Shown: positions 44,736-55,970, numbered from the stretch's first letter. The stretch is DNA of 64,000 nucleotides from Pedobacter sp. (GCA_050253415.1 JBFWJC010000001.1:96001-160000); one strand, 5' to 3'. Notes: generated by a model from the sequence alone, not told the origin. A program made the numbers and translations.

Positions 44736-45605
44736 TCATTCGCTGGTGGCAAGCGTCTCGCGCACCAGCCCGAGAAAAAACCGCATTGCCGGTGAAGGCT
44801 TGACATCACGCCGACGAATGAACTGAATCGGCAGGCAATCGAAGGGCGGCGCTACGGCGTACACTTGCACCAGCGAACAAAAAGGTTCGCGGGTGACGAA
44901 GCTGCGGGGCAGCATGGTGATACCCATGCCGGCGCCGACACAGCCGAGGATGGCGTCGAGAGCGCCCATTTCAACCACCCTGGCCGGAGTGCGTCCCATG
45001 TGTTTGAGCCAGTCTTCGAGCTTGCGACGGCAGGAGCAGCCGCTGCGGTAAACCAGTATCGACAAGGCCGATTCCTCATCCATCGGAAGCTCGGTTCCAC
45101 TTGCCACCACAACCAGCTCTTCGCACAGCACTTCTTCTGCTACAATGTCAGGATGGTCCACCTGGCCACCAACGAATGCCCCCTCCACCGCATAATCGAG
45201 CACCCGTTCGATCATTTCGCCACTGGCACCGGTGCTCAATTGCAGATCGACATCCGGGTGATCCCGGTGGTAATGGGCCAGCAATGCCGGCAGATGCACC
45301 ACGGCCGCCGTATCCATGGCACCGAGGCGCAGCGGCCCACGGGGAGCGCTGGATGGCTCAAGGGCGACCCGCGCCTCATGAAGCAGGTGCGCAACGGAGC
45401 GGGCATAAGGCAGCAGAAGATTCCCGGCGCTCGAGAGCCCCATTCCCTTGCGGGTGCGGTGAAAAAGCTCGGCTCCCAGGTCTGTTTCAAGTTTACGAAT
45501 GCGCGCCGTGACATTCGACTGCACACAGTGCAAGCGCTCGGCAGCCCTTGAGACACTCCCCTCCTCGGCAACCGCCAGGAAAATTTTCAAAGCGTTAGAA
45601 TCCAT
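44736..45605 (-). CDS. LysR-family transcriptional regulator
   Basis: GSVSRAAERLHCVQSNVTARIRKLE HTH, CVGAGMGITMLP. Confidence 0.93.
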   Translation of the reverse strand: MDSNALKIFLAVAEEGSVSRAAERLHCVQSNVTARIRKLETDLGAELFHRTRKGMGLSSAGNLLLPYARSVAHLLHEARVALEPSSAPRGPLRLGAMDTAAVVHLPALLAHYHRDHPDVDLQLSTGASGEMIERVLDYAVEGAFVGGQVDHPDIVAEEVLCEELVVVASGTELPMDEESALSILVYRSGCSCRRKLEDWLKHMGRTPARVVEMGALDAILGCVGAGMGITMLPRSFVTREPFCSLVQVYAVAPPFDCLPIQFIRRRDVKPSPAMRFFLGLVRETLATSE

Positions 45606-45727
45606 GCTTCCTATCTCAAAAAGTGAAGTTTATGCATAATTATAATCATTTGACGTGATTGATGGTAGCCCTTATAGTGACTTTGTTGTTTTTTCATTTC
45701 CAATTGATTGTGTGAGGAGACGCGGCC

Positions 45728-46027
45728 ATGGATCCAGCACCCAACACCGAAATTCGTATGTTCGGCTTATTGCACACCGCCCGCAAAGACAGGGGGCTTC
45801 CGCCCAAAGCGCAACTCTACATCCCACCGGAGGGGCGCATCGCACAGGATATCGCCGAAGAACTCGAACTCCCTATGGATAAAATCGAGGGGGTATTCGT
45901 CAACCATCTCGTCTACGCCCTGGATCATAAGATTCATGCCGGTGACGAGGTGGCGTTTATCTCCCGAGGGGTCCCCGGCCCGCATCGCTATAATCTCGGC
46001 ATCCATAGTGCCGGAAAGAAAGCCTGA
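45728..46027 (+). CDS. MoaD/ThiS-like beta-grasp protein
   Basis: IRMFGLL, VFVNH, IHAGDEVAFI; lacks C-terminal GG. Confidence 0.65.
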   Translation: MDPAPNTEIRMFGLLHTARKDRGLPPKAQLYIPPEGRIAQDIAEELELPMDKIEGVFVNHLVYALDHKIHAGDEVAFISRGVPGPHRYNLGIHSAGKKA

Positions 46028-46052
46028 CCTCCTCTAGCTTGGAGCAAAGTCC

Positions 46053-47159
46053 ATGACCAAACTGTTTTCGCCGGCAAGCATCGGCGGCATGTCCCTGCGC
46101 AACCGCACCGTGCGCTCGGCAACCTGGGAAGGCATCGCCGCCGATAACGGCGCGACAACACCGCAACTGATCGACCTGATGGCCACCCTGGCCGGCAACG
46201 ACATCGGTCTGATCATCACCGGTCACGCCTTCGTAAGCCCGGAGGGACGGGCATGTCCCTGGCAGATGGGGGTGCACGACGACTTCATGCTGGAAGGCCT
46301 GACAGCCATGGCCACTGCAGTCCATGCCCAGGGAGGGCGTATCGCCCTGCAGATCGCCCATGCCGGCTGCTACGGAGCGCAGCCGCTTTCCGGGTTGGAG
46401 CCTATCGGGCCCTCGGCCATGGACGACAGCAAAGCGCCGGTGTGCCGCGCCATGACTGCAGCGGATATCCGCCAGGTCACCGAATCCTTTGCCGCCGGTG
46501 CCGTCAGGGCCCAAAAGGCCGGATTCGACGCGGTACAGATTCACGCCGCCCACGGCTACCTGCTCAGCGAATTCCTGTCGCCTTACTTCAACCAGCGCAC
46601 CGATGAATACGGTGGTCCGGTGGAAAATCGCGCCCGTCTGGTGCTGGAGGTCTATCAGGCGATACGCGCCGCGGTCGGGCCGGACTACCCGGTACTGATC
46701 AAGCTCAATTCGGAGGATTTTGTTGAAGGCGGGGTAAAGGTCGAGGATATGCTGACCGTCGCCGGGATGCTGCAGCTGGCCGGAATCGATGCGGTGGAGA
46801 TGAGCGGCGGCACCATCTACGCCTCGGGCGAAATGAGCTCTCTACGCTCCGGCCGCATCGACACCCCCGACCGGGAGGTCTACTACCGCCAGGCTGCCGA
46901 GCTGTTCAAACAGCGCCTGTCGGTGCCGTTGATTCTGGTTGGCGGCATCCTCTCCTTCGAGGTTGCCGAGGCCCTGCTGACCGACAGCACCGCCGATTTT
47001 GTCGCACTGAGCCGCAGCCTGATCCGCGAGCCGGGCCTGATCCGCCGCTGGCACCAGGGCGACCACAGCAAAGCACGCTGCCTGCTGTGCAACGGCTGCC
47101 TTGGACCGATCATGCAAGGCCAGGGGCCGCGCTGCATCCTGGAAAAAAAGGCTGTCTGA
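46053..47159 (+). CDS. NADH:flavin oxidoreductase (old yellow enzyme family)
   Basis: NRTVRSAT, QIAHAG, AGFDAVQIHAAHGYLLSEFLSP, NQRTDEYGG, CLLCNGC. Confidence 0.92.
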   Translation: MTKLFSPASIGGMSLRNRTVRSATWEGIAADNGATTPQLIDLMATLAGNDIGLIITGHAFVSPEGRACPWQMGVHDDFMLEGLTAMATAVHAQGGRIALQIAHAGCYGAQPLSGLEPIGPSAMDDSKAPVCRAMTAADIRQVTESFAAGAVRAQKAGFDAVQIHAAHGYLLSEFLSPYFNQRTDEYGGPVENRARLVLEVYQAIRAAVGPDYPVLIKLNSEDFVEGGVKVEDMLTVAGMLQLAGIDAVEMSGGTIYASGEMSSLRSGRIDTPDREVYYRQAAELFKQRLSVPLILVGGILSFEVAEALLTDSTADFVALSRSLIREPGLIRRWHQGDHSKARCLLCNGCLGPIMQGQGPRCILEKKAV

Positions 47160-47228
47160 CCGAGGGGTGAAAGGCTAGGATAACTACTTAGCAACCCGCG
47201 CGAACCGTCCGTTGCCCCCATACAAAAC

Positions 47229-47278
47229 AATAAAGCCACCGTAACGAGCCATATCAGCTCTAACGGTGGCTTATTTAT
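47229..47278. terminator. Terminator-like hairpin
   Basis: AAGCCACCGT/ACGGTGGCTT stem with A/T flanks. Confidence 0.65.
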
Positions 47279-47301
47279 TTGCAGATCCATTAAATCAAGC
47301 A

Positions 47302-47390
47302 TGAACAGGGATACACAGGATGTTCAGGAAAAAATCTTGAACTCCGAATCTTTGGTTTTAATTCTGCCCATCCTGTTATATCCCTGTTCA
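47302..47390. repeat. Palindromic element of about 9-nt-period CAGGAT units
   Basis: TGAACAGGGATACACAGGATGTTCAGGAA ... TTCTGCCCATCCTGTTATATCCCTGTTCA. Confidence 0.75.
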
Positions 47391-47480
47391 AAAAGAATTT
47401 ACCCTAAGCCTTTGTGCTTCAAAAAACAGCGGCCATGGAGCCCTGTTCAGCGAGATCCCCCTACCCGCCCCTTTCCGACA

Positions 47481-48221
47481 TCAGATATCCTCTCGCCTGG
47501 ATGATTTGCCGAACAAACGTGCGACTATGATGCCGACTTCGTAAAGCAGCATAAAAGGCACGGCCAGGGACAGCTGGGAGATGATATCCGGCGGGGTCAA
47601 TATCGCACCGACCAAAAAAGCAACCAATACGGCATACTTGCGGTGGCGGGCCAACCAGTGGTGATCGACGATGCCCATGCGGGCAAGAAAGAATATAACG
47701 ATGGGCAGTTCAAAGACCAGACCGAAGGCCAACAGTAATTTACTGCTCAAGGACAGATAGGCTCCCATGGAAAGCATGGCCTGGATATCGCCGCTGCCAG
47801 TACCGAACCGGACCAGGAAACTGAAGACCATGGGAAAGACATACAGAAAACCGAACCAGGTACCGGTGGCAAAGCAGGCGCAACTGGCCAGCACAAACGG
47901 CAGCGCGATACGTTTTTCGTTACCGTACAAGCCGGGGGCAACAAACCGCCACAGCTGCCAGAAAATCACCGGTAGCGCAAGCAGCAATCCGGCGAATGCC
48001 GCGATCTTCAGGTAGGTAAAAAAGGGTTCGGTTGCTTCGATGAAGACCAGCGAACTGCCTTGCGGCAACGCATCTCTGACCGGGCGGGCAATAAACTGGA
48101 AGAGCTGTTCGGCAAAGCTGTAGCAAAGCACAAAGGCCGGCACCCATGCGCAGGCGCAGATGATCAGGCGACGGCGCAGTTCGGCAAGATGACCGGTGAT
48201 GGACAATTCAGCCATGGACAT
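47481..48221 (-). CDS. tatC: Twin-arginine translocase subunit TatC
   Basis: [33 protein letters not shown]. Confidence 0.95.
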   Translation of the reverse strand: MSMAELSITGHLAELRRRLIICACAWVPAFVLCYSFAEQLFQFIARPVRDALPQGSSLVFIEATEPFFTYLKIAAFAGLLLALPVIFWQLWRFVAPGLYGNEKRIALPFVLASCACFATGTWFGFLYVFPMVFSFLVRFGTGSGDIQAMLSMGAYLSLSSKLLLAFGLVFELPIVIFFLARMGIVDHHWLARHRKYAVLVAFLVGAILTPPDIISQLSLAVPFMLLYEVGIIVARLFGKSSRREDI

Positions 48222-48404
48222 TATCTTCGTCTTTCTGTCATGAAAACGTCGAGCAACGCACCCTGAAACAAAGGCTAAATTGCCTTTTCATGGTTTTAGG
48301 TCGGACAAAAGATCCGTGAAAAACGGCCCACCCCGCTGCTGTTTGCGTTTAATCCCCTGACCGAGGACGCAGGGCCCTAGGTCAGGGTGAATCACACCGC
48401 CTGT

Positions 48405-48569
48405 TTATTCCGGTTTGATTTCGATATCGTCCTTACCATCAGCGGCGCGGCGGAAGTTTTTGATACCCTTGCCGAGGGCTCCCCCGATTTCCGGCAGCTT
48501 GCCGGCGCCGAAAATGACCATGACAATGACCAATATAATCAAGAGTTCCGAAGCACCCAATCCAAACAT
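48405..48569 (-). CDS. tatA: TatA (54 aa; below the ORF-track cutoff)
   Basis: Manual translation [41 protein letters not shown]. Confidence 0.9.
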   Translation of the reverse strand: MFGLGASELLIILVIVMVIFGAGKLPEIGGALGKGIKNFRRAADGKDDIEIKPE

Positions 48570-48642
48570 AACTTTTCCTCCAAAACGGGTTTAATGACTC
48601 AGGCAACCGAAGGGCCGGAGTCAATGCGTGATTTTTCGTGGA

Positions 48643-48861
48643 TCACGTGTTGCTTTGCCTGGAACCTTCCAGCGGGTCCGGCTCGGGACTACTCTCCTTC
48701 AAAGAGTGAGCCAGTGGCTCCTGCAGCTCGCGGGTCGCGCGCTTGAACTCGGCCATTCCTTTGCCCAGACCGCGGGCCAGTTCGGGTAATTTGCTCGGAC
48801 CCAGGACAACCAGAGCAATCGCCAGGATCATCAATAATTCGGGCATACCGATATTAAACAT
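48643..48861 (-). CDS. tatB: TatB-like subunit
   Basis: [30 protein letters not shown]. Confidence 0.75.
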   Translation of the reverse strand: MFNIGMPELLMILAIALVVLGPSKLPELARGLGKGMAEFKRATRELQEPLAHSLKESSPEPDPLEGSRQSNT

Positions 48862-48912
48862 GCAGCAGTTTCCTCGCTTGAAGGGGTTAACATCTTCCCT
48901 ATCCCGGAAAAT

Positions 48913-49830
48913 TCAGCGACCGTCCAAAGGCACTCGGGTCCGGCATTCCAACCGGCTGCCCAGCATCCAGGATACCCCGAATACAAGCAGGGCGCCGCAA
49001 AAACCGGCCAGCATGATGCTCAGTTGCGGATGGCTCACTGCCGGCAAGCGGTAACCGGCCAGCGGGGCAAACCTACCGGGTGCCCGGCCCAATATCCCCA
49101 ACTGCGTGGTTACCCGTTCCAGACCATCAGGCAGGCCACTGGCCCAGGGGCTCAGCATCAACGCGGCACATGCCAGCACCAACGGTCGTTCGATGACGGC
49201 CATGCGGGTCTCCTTGGCGGAGCACTGCACCAGGACCAGATACAGGGCAGCGCTGAGAAGCCCTTCACCGATACCGATCCAGGCATGGGTACCTAACATG
49301 GCTCCGGCTACGGTGGCAAAAGACGTCACCCCGAATGCCGCCAATTCCACGCTGACCGCCAGCGCCGCCAGCATCACCGATAACCAGCCGCCGCCGGCCA
49401 ACACCAGCGCCCGGCGGGGGAGCGACAGATCGGGGCGACGATGCAGCAGCATCCGCAGCACGCCGCCGACACCGACGCCAAGCAGAGCCATGTTGAGAAC
49501 ATTGGCGCCCAGACTCACCAATCCGCCATCACCGAAGGCCAGCGCCTGAACGCCCAACACCAGGGTCATGGCCAGCACGGCGAAGGGCGTGCCAAGCAAC
49601 ACAGCCGCCAGCGTGGCACCCAACAGGTGGCCGGAGGTGCCGGAACTAATCGGAAAGTTGAGCAACTGCGCCGCAAACAGCATCGCCGCCACTGCCGCAA
49701 AACGCGCGACCTTCGGCTTGTCTTTACTGCCTGCCGCCATCACAACGGCAGCGGTCACGCCCAGCAGCGCAACACCCGCGGTTACCGGGCAAACGACGCC
49801 ATGTAACATGTTATCCGGAATATGCATCAT
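48913..49830 (-). CDS. NikM/CbiM ECF substrate component fused to a PDGLE (NikN-like) domain
   Basis: MHIPDNML metal-binding N-terminus, GTSGHLLG, GDGG, PDGLE. Confidence 0.88.
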   Translation of the reverse strand: MMHIPDNMLHGVVCPVTAGVALLGVTAAVVMAAGSKDKPKVARFAAVAAMLFAAQLLNFPISSGTSGHLLGATLAAVLLGTPFAVLAMTLVLGVQALAFGDGGLVSLGANVLNMALLGVGVGGVLRMLLHRRPDLSLPRRALVLAGGGWLSVMLAALAVSVELAAFGVTSFATVAGAMLGTHAWIGIGEGLLSAALYLVLVQCSAKETRMAVIERPLVLACAALMLSPWASGLPDGLERVTTQLGILGRAPGRFAPLAGYRLPAVSHPQLSIMLAGFCGALLVFGVSWMLGSRLECRTRVPLDGR

Positions 49831-50014
49831 TTTCTCCTTTTGCTGTTAACGAAATTTTTGCCTGGAGATACTGCTCACTAAAAAACCTGCGCGGCAGCCT
49901 TGCTTCCCAACACGGTTGCTACAGAGAACTGAAGAAGGGCTTTTATTTTGCGCATTCGCAAAAGACGTAGAAAATCCTTGCGAAATGGCGGGCCAATACG
50001 AATAGTTGGTCGCT

Positions 50015-51025
50015 TCAGCAAATACGCGGCAACTGTTCGCCGGAAAGCATCTCCACCGCGCGCATGCCTCCTACCAGGGTTTCCATCTGCACCCGACCAC
50101 CGCCGACGGCAGTCACCTCGCCGATAATCGCGGCTTCCGCGCCCAGCGGATGTTGCCGCATACGTTGGAGCACCCGCTCAGCAGCCTGGCCGTCAACAAT
50201 CGCCAGCAGCTTGCCTTCGTTGGCCACATACAGCGGATCGAGGCCAAGCAGCGCACAGACGCCGCGCACCGGTGCTTTAAGGGGCAGCGCCGCCTCATCC
50301 AGAGTAATGGATACCTCCGACTGCAGGGCGATCTCTTTAAGGGTGGTAGCCACCCCGCCCCGGGTAGGGTCCCGCAGCACATGAATCGCTTCCCCTTCCT
50401 CAAGTAGATCTTTGACCAGATGGTTGAGCGCCGCGCTATCGCTGCAGATAGCGGTTTCCAACTCCAGACCTTCGCGACGGGCCATCACGGCAATGCCGTG
50501 ATCGCCGATGGTACCGTTGATCAGCACCTTGTCACCGACCTGCGCATTGGCGCCACTGATCTGCAGGCCGGACGGCACCAGGCCGATACCGGAGGTGTTG
50601 ATGAAGATCCGGTCGGCCTTGCCACGCGGCACCACTTTGGTATCGCCGGTAGCGATGGACACCCCCGCCAGATCAGCGGCCCGACGCATAGCCGTGAGGA
50701 TTTCGCTTAACTCCCGGCGGCTGAAGCCTTCCTCCAGAATCAGGCCGACACTGATGGCCAGCGGCTGGGCACCGACCATGGCCAGATCGTTGACCGTGCC
50801 GTTGATAGCCAGATCGCCGATGTTGCCGCCCGGGAAAAACACCGGATCGACCACGTAGGAATCGGTGGTAAAGGCCAGCCGTCCGCCGTCGTGATCGAGC
50901 AGCGCCGCATCGTTCTGCCCGGCCAGGGGGACGCCGGAGAGGGTCGGGATAATTAACTGCTCCAGCAGTTGATGGGATAGCTTGCCGCCACTACCGTGGC
51001 CGAGAAGAATCAGATCCGAGTCCAC
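50015..51025 (-). CDS. hypE: Hydrogenase maturation protein HypE
   Basis: HGSGG, TTDSYVV, RDPTRGG, terminal LPRIC; GTG start inferred. Confidence 0.95.
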   Translation of the reverse strand: MDSDLILLGHGSGGKLSHQLLEQLIIPTLSGVPLAGQNDAALLDHDGGRLAFTTDSYVVDPVFFPGGNIGDLAINGTVNDLAMVGAQPLAISVGLILEEGFSRRELSEILTAMRRAADLAGVSIATGDTKVVPRGKADRIFINTSGIGLVPSGLQISGANAQVGDKVLINGTIGDHGIAVMARREGLELETAICSDSAALNHLVKDLLEEGEAIHVLRDPTRGGVATTLKEIALQSEVSITLDEAALPLKAPVRGVCALLGLDPLYVANEGKLLAIVDGQAAERVLQRMRQHPLGAEAAIIGEVTAVGGGRVQMETLVGGMRAVEMLSGEQLPRIC

Positions 51026-51077
51026 TGTGTACTCCCGATAAAGATTAAAGGGGTGGTTCTTACCGCGAACCGGGGCT

Positions 51078-52178
51078 TCATACCGAAGTCGGCCCGTACT
51101 TGTAGGCCGCAGCACAGCTGCCCTCCGACGACACCATGCAAGCCCCCACCGGGTTTTCCGGGGTGCAGGCTTTACCAAACAGCGGGCAATCTCCGGGACC
51201 TATCTTGCCCTTGAGGATATCGCCGCACCGGCAGCCCGCCGCTTCGTGTGACTGTTCCACCGCCACCGGCAGAGCCCTGGCGGCATCGAACGCCGCATAC
51301 CTATCGGCGATGGCCAGACCACTGTTCGGAATCACGCCAATCCCGCGCCAGGCGGTATCGACCGGGACGAACACCTCAGCCAGCAATGCCTGGGCCTGGC
51401 GATTGCCTTCCCAGGTGACGAAGCGGCGGTACTGGATCTCCACGGCGCTGCGGTTTTCCATCCGCTGAGCCACCAGCATGGCCACCCCTTGCAGGATGTC
51501 GGCCGGTTCAAACCCGGTCACCACGCAGGGCACCCCGTGCTGTTCGGCCAGGAAACGGTAGGCACCACCGCCGATCACGGTGCTGACATGGGCCGGGCAT
51601 AAATATCCGTCGATCCCCAGGTCGGGATCGGCGGACAGGACCTGCATCGGGACGGGGATGGTCTTGTGGGCGCCGAGTACGAAGTAATTGTTCAGGCCCT
51701 GTTTGGCCACAGTCTGAATGCTGGCGGCGACGGTCGGTGCGGTGGTTTCGAATCCGACCCCGAGAAACACCACCTGCTTATCGGGATGTTTGGCCGCCAG
51801 GGCCACGGCATCGAGGCTGGAATAGACGATGCGCACATCCGCGCCGCGGGCACGCTCCTGCATCAGGCTGGAGGAGGAACCGGGCACCCGAAGCATGTCG
51901 CCAAAGGTCGCGACGATAGTCTGCGGCCGGCGGGCATAGGCCACCGCCTGATCGACGTAACCCACCGGGGTAACACACACCGGGCAGCCGGGTCCGGAGA
52001 TCAGTCGCACCTGCGGCGACAGCAAACTGCGCAGCCCGTACTGGTAGATAGACATGGTGTGGGTACCGCAGACCTCCATGAAGGTCAGCGGCCGGTCAAG
52101 ACCGCAGGTCAGCGCGATGATGCGCTCGGCCAACCCGCGCACGATCTCCCGGTTGCGGAAGGCATCCGAATAGTTCAT
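51078..52178 (-). CDS. hypD: Hydrogenase maturation protein HypD
   Basis: MEVCGTHT, GPGCPVC, GFETT, CMVSSEGSC. Confidence 0.96.
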   Translation of the reverse strand: MNYSDAFRNREIVRGLAERIIALTCGLDRPLTFMEVCGTHTMSIYQYGLRSLLSPQVRLISGPGCPVCVTPVGYVDQAVAYARRPQTIVATFGDMLRVPGSSSSLMQERARGADVRIVYSSLDAVALAAKHPDKQVVFLGVGFETTAPTVAASIQTVAKQGLNNYFVLGAHKTIPVPMQVLSADPDLGIDGYLCPAHVSTVIGGGAYRFLAEQHGVPCVVTGFEPADILQGVAMLVAQRMENRSAVEIQYRRFVTWEGNRQAQALLAEVFVPVDTAWRGIGVIPNSGLAIADRYAAFDAARALPVAVEQSHEAAGCRCGDILKGKIGPGDCPLFGKACTPENPVGACMVSSEGSCAAAYKYGPTSV

Positions 52179-52408
52179 GGCTGCCCCATTCCCAGTTCCA
52201 GGCATTCGCGCATCAGGTTCAGGGTGGCTTGCGCCTCATCCTCATCCAGTTTGCTGATGGCGAAACCGGCGTGAATCAGCACATAATCACCGATCGCCAC
52301 CGACTCGCCGAGCATCAGCAAGCTCGCCGGTCGTTTTACCCCGTCGATTTCGGCAACCACGGTTTCACCGTTGCTGCTTATCACTTTCATCGGTACCGCT
52401 AAACACAT
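52175..52408 (-). CDS. hypC: Hydrogenase chaperone HypC
   Basis: MCLAVP, YVLIHAGFAI. Confidence 0.95.
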   Translation of the reverse strand: MCLAVPMKVISSNGETVVAEIDGVKRPASLLMLGESVAIGDYVLIHAGFAISKLDEDEAQATLNLMRECLELGMGQP

Positions 52409-54672
52409 GAGATACTCCGTCCTGCAATAATGGCTTGCCCCAGCGCCAAACCGCCATCGTTGGGCGGAGCCAGGCGCTGATTGAAAACCTGAAAACCCGC
52501 CGTTTCCAGCCGGGCACAAAGCCCTTCGCAAAGCAGCCGGTTCTGAAAAACGCCTCCGGACAACACCACGCGGTCATGACCGGTGACGGTACGGATATTT
52601 TCGCATACCGCGCTCGCAGCGACCGCCAGGCTATTGTGAAACCGGCGGGCCATCGCGGCCCTCGGGTAGTCGTGCTGAACCTCCCGCACCAACCGCTGCA
52701 ACATGTCGCCAAACTCGACCACCAGTCGCCCTTCGACCTCGGTCAGGTTGAAGGGATAGTGATCGGTCACCGGGCTGGTTTCCGCCAAGGCTTCCAGTTC
52801 GATAGCGGCCTGTCCCTCGTAGGCCACCTGCTGCCGCAGACCGAGCAGGCTGGCCACCGCGTCGAACAGCCTTCCGCAACTGGACGTCAAGGGCGCGTTC
52901 AAACGCCGCTGCAGCATCTGCAAAAACAGCTTGCGGTCGGCCGGTTGCACCGCCGCCGTGCAGGGCAACGAAAGGTCGAATAGTTTCTCCCCGAAACTCT
53001 CGTAGAGGTAGGACAGCGCCATGCGCCAGGGCTCCCGTGCCACCGCATCCCCGCCCGGCAGGGGCATGGGACGCAGATGACCGAGGCGTTCGAATCGTTG
53101 GTAACCGCCCACCAGAAACTCCCCGCCCCAGATGGTCCCGTCCGCCCCGAAACCGGTTCCGTCGAAGATCACCCCGATAACCTCGCCTTCCAGGGCGTTT
53201 TCCGCCATGCAGGAGGCCATATGGGCATGGTGATGCTGCACCGCCACGCGCGGCAGGTCGGACAAAGACTCGGCAAAGCGGGTGGACAGGTAGTCGGGAT
53301 GCAGGTCATGCGCCACCAGCTGCGGACGGATCTGCAGGATATCCTGCAGATGAGTGACCGTCTGCGCCAGGGAATCCAGGGTAGCAACGTTCTGCAGATC
53401 ACCGATATGCTGGCTGAGAAACGCCTGGTCGCCTCGGGTCAGACAGGCCGCCCCTTTCAGCTCGCCGCCTACCGCCAGCACCGGCGGCTGACTGGCCGGC
53501 AAAGCGATAGGGCGGGGCGTATAGCCACGGGCACGACGCAGAAACACCGGCTGTTCCCGCAACACCCGGATCACCGAATCGTCGCAGCGCATGTGAATAT
53601 CCCGATCGTGGCTCAGGACATAGTCGGCCATGGGCGCCAATCGCGCCATGGCGTCTGCATCCCGATAGCAGATCGGTTCGTCGGCCAGGTTTCCGCTGGT
53701 CATGACCAGGGCATTGAACTTGTCGCGCAGCAGCAAATGATGCAACGGCGTGTAGGGCAGCATAACCCCGTAATAACCGTTGGCCGGTGCAACCTGGGGA
53801 GCAATCAGCTGTTGGTCGCGCTTGCGCAGCAACACGATGGGGGCTTCCGGCCCCTGCAGAAGGCGGGCTTCGGTCGGCGTACAGTGGGCAAAGGCGACGA
53901 TGGTTGCCAAATCCGGCGCCATGAGGGCAAAGGGTTTCTCATCGCGATTTTTGCGGCGCCGCAGTTCAGCTACTGCCGCCTGGTTGCCTGCATCCACCGC
54001 CAGGTGATAGCCACCCAGACCCTTGACCGCCAGGATACTGCCTGCCTTTAGCAGCTCGATGGCAGCCGCCAGAGGATCACCGCTCACCCCGCTGCCCTGC
54101 CCATCACGCAAGCTTAGACGCGGACCGCAATCCGGGCAGGCATTGGGTTGGGCATGAAAGCGCCGCTGCGAGGGGTCCTGATATTCGGCGAGGCAAGTCT
54201 CGCACATGCTGAATCCGGCCATGCTGGTCAGCGGACGATCGTAGGGCGCGCCGTAAATGATGGAATAGCGGGGCCCGCAGTTGGTGCAATTGATGAAGGG
54301 GTAACGGTAACGCCGGTCGGAAGGATCGAACAATTCAGCCAGGCAGTCGGCACAGACCGCGCTATCGGGAGCGATCTGCACTTCTTCTCCGCAGTCGCCG
54401 CTTGGGCGGATAACGAACCCCTCAGCCTCCGTCACAGGCATCTCCCCGGTCTGCACGCCACTGACCAGAGCCAGCGGCGGGACCTGATCCTGAAGATCGA
54501 CCAGGAAACGCCGGATCGCATGGGTCTGCCCCTGGGCTTCCAGCACCACCCCGGCCGGAGTGTTCATCACCCACCCGCTCAGTGCGTGAGCAGCGGCTAG
54601 ACGATAAACGAAGGGACGGAAACCTACCCCCTGCACGATGCCTTGAATGTGGACTCTGACTCGTTTAGTCAC
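52399..54672 (-). CDS. hypF: Carbamoyltransferase HypF
   Basis: [42 protein letters not shown] start inferred. Confidence 0.95.
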   Translation of the reverse strand: MTKRVRVHIQGIVQGVGFRPFVYRLAAAHALSGWVMNTPAGVVLEAQGQTHAIRRFLVDLQDQVPPLALVSGVQTGEMPVTEAEGFVIRPSGDCGEEVQIAPDSAVCADCLAELFDPSDRRYRYPFINCTNCGPRYSIIYGAPYDRPLTSMAGFSMCETCLAEYQDPSQRRFHAQPNACPDCGPRLSLRDGQGSGVSGDPLAAAIELLKAGSILAVKGLGGYHLAVDAGNQAAVAELRRRKNRDEKPFALMAPDLATIVAFAHCTPTEARLLQGPEAPIVLLRKRDQQLIAPQVAPANGYYGVMLPYTPLHHLLLRDKFNALVMTSGNLADEPICYRDADAMARLAPMADYVLSHDRDIHMRCDDSVIRVLREQPVFLRRARGYTPRPIALPASQPPVLAVGGELKGAACLTRGDQAFLSQHIGDLQNVATLDSLAQTVTHLQDILQIRPQLVAHDLHPDYLSTRFAESLSDLPRVAVQHHHAHMASCMAENALEGEVIGVIFDGTGFGADGTIWGGEFLVGGYQRFERLGHLRPMPLPGGDAVAREPWRMALSYLYESFGEKLFDLSLPCTAAVQPADRKLFLQMLQRRLNAPLTSSCGRLFDAVASLLGLRQQVAYEGQAAIELEALAETSPVTDHYPFNLTEVEGRLVVEFGDMLQRLVREVQHDYPRAAMARRFHNSLAVAASAVCENIRTVTGHDRVVLSGGVFQNRLLCEGLCARLETAGFQVFNQRLAPPNDGGLALGQAIIAGRSISCV

Positions 54673-55411
54673 TATCCGGTCCGGGTTTTTGTGCTTTGTC
54701 GATACCCTGTTGCAACCAGGCGTACCAGGCATCCATGCCTTGTCCGGTTTTGCTCGAAACCTCGAGGATGCGAATCCCCGGATTAACCTGGCGGGCGAAC
54801 GCCTTGCACTGTTCCACATCGAAATCGAGATGCGGCAATAAATCGACCTTATTGAGCAGCATCAGGTCGGCATGATGAAACATGGCCGGGTACTTCAATG
54901 GCTTGTCCTCCCCTTCCGTCACGCTCAACACCACCACCTTATGGTGCTCGCCGAGATCGAAGGTCGCCGGGCAGACCAGGTTGCCGACGTTCTCGATAAG
55001 CAGAATATCCAGAGCGGGCAACTCGAAATTCTCCACCGCATGGCCGACCATGTGCGCATCGAGATGGCAACCGGCACCGGTGTTGACCTGCTTGACCGGA
55101 ACCCCGGTGGCGGCGATGCGCGCCGCATCGTTGTCGGTCTGTTGATCCCCTTCAACGACGGCAAATTGGTGGATCCCCCGCAAATCGCGCAGGGTTCGCT
55201 CTAAAATGCTGGTTTTGCCGGAGCCGGGAGAGCTGACCAGATTGAGGACAAACACCCCCTGACGTGCGAACAGGGCGCGATTGCCAGCCGCCAGCCGATT
55301 GTTCTTGGACAGGATATCGGTCTCGACCGCGATGGTCCTGACCGCCCCTTCCGTACCGTGGGCATGCTCGTGATGGTGATCTCCCGGGCCGCAGCCGCAA
55401 TCGATACACAT
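54665..55411 (-). CDS. hypB: Nickel-insertion GTPase HypB
   Basis: MCIDCGC, His-rich stretch, [25 protein letters not shown]. Confidence 0.96.
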   Translation of the reverse strand: MCIDCGCGPGDHHHEHAHGTEGAVRTIAVETDILSKNNRLAAGNRALFARQGVFVLNLVSSPGSGKTSILERTLRDLRGIHQFAVVEGDQQTDNDAARIAATGVPVKQVNTGAGCHLDAHMVGHAVENFELPALDILLIENVGNLVCPATFDLGEHHKVVVLSVTEGEDKPLKYPAMFHHADLMLLNKVDLLPHLDFDVEQCKAFARQVNPGIRILEVSSKTGQGMDAWYAWLQQGIDKAQKPGPDSD

Positions 55412-55413
55412 AA

Positions 55414-55746
55414 TTATTGGACCTCCAGTTGTTTTACCTGTAATTCCTCGCCGGACAGAATCTCCAGCTGATAACCGCCGCAGGCGGCACAGGCGTCGTG
55501 ATAGGAGCGGATGGTGACCTGTGCCGCACAGGTGCGGCAACGGGCCCTGGCGGGTATCCGCTCGATGACCAGACGCGCCCCCTGCAACAGGGTGTCCCGG
55601 CTGCAGGCTTCAAAACAGAATTCGACCGCATCGGGCACCACCCCGCTTAAATCGCCGATCTCCACCCGGACCAAGCGTACCTGGCGACCCGCAGCATGGG
55701 ATTCGCAGATCTCCACGATGCTCTGAGTGATGGCGAGTTCATGCAT
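55414..55746 (-). CDS. hypA: Nickel metallochaperone HypA
   Basis: MHELAI, CRTC...CAAC, SGEEL. Confidence 0.95.
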   Translation of the reverse strand: MHELAITQSIVEICESHAAGRQVRLVRVEIGDLSGVVPDAVEFCFEACSRDTLLQGARLVIERIPARARCRTCAAQVTIRSYHDACAACGGYQLEILSGEELQVKQLEVQ

Positions 55747-55811
55747 GCTGACCACCGTATCCAAAAGGGGCAAAGCAAGCTGCCGCCTCGAGCGCGGAGC
55801 AAGGCACCCTG

Positions 55812-55970
55812 TTATTTGTCCTCAATTTCGTCCTTGCCTTCGGCGGCCCTGCGGAAATTCTTGATGCCTTTGCCAAGGGCGCCGCCGAGTTCCGGCAACT
55901 TGCCTGCGCCAAAAATCACCATGACGATCACAAGAATGATCAAAAGCTCTGACATACCCAGTCCAAACAT
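55812..55970 (-). CDS. tatA: Second TatA (52 aa)
   Basis: Manual translation [41 protein letters not shown]. Confidence 0.9.
   Translation of the reverse strand: MFGLGMSELLIILVIVMVIFGAGKLPELGGALGKGIKNFRRAAEGKDEIEDK

Noticed and set aside
49830..50014. Cobalamin or NiCo riboswitch upstream of the cbiM/nikM-like gene
   Set aside because: Only a GGGAAG fragment is present; the B12 box and other conserved elements are not recognisable, and the hydrogenase context favours nickel
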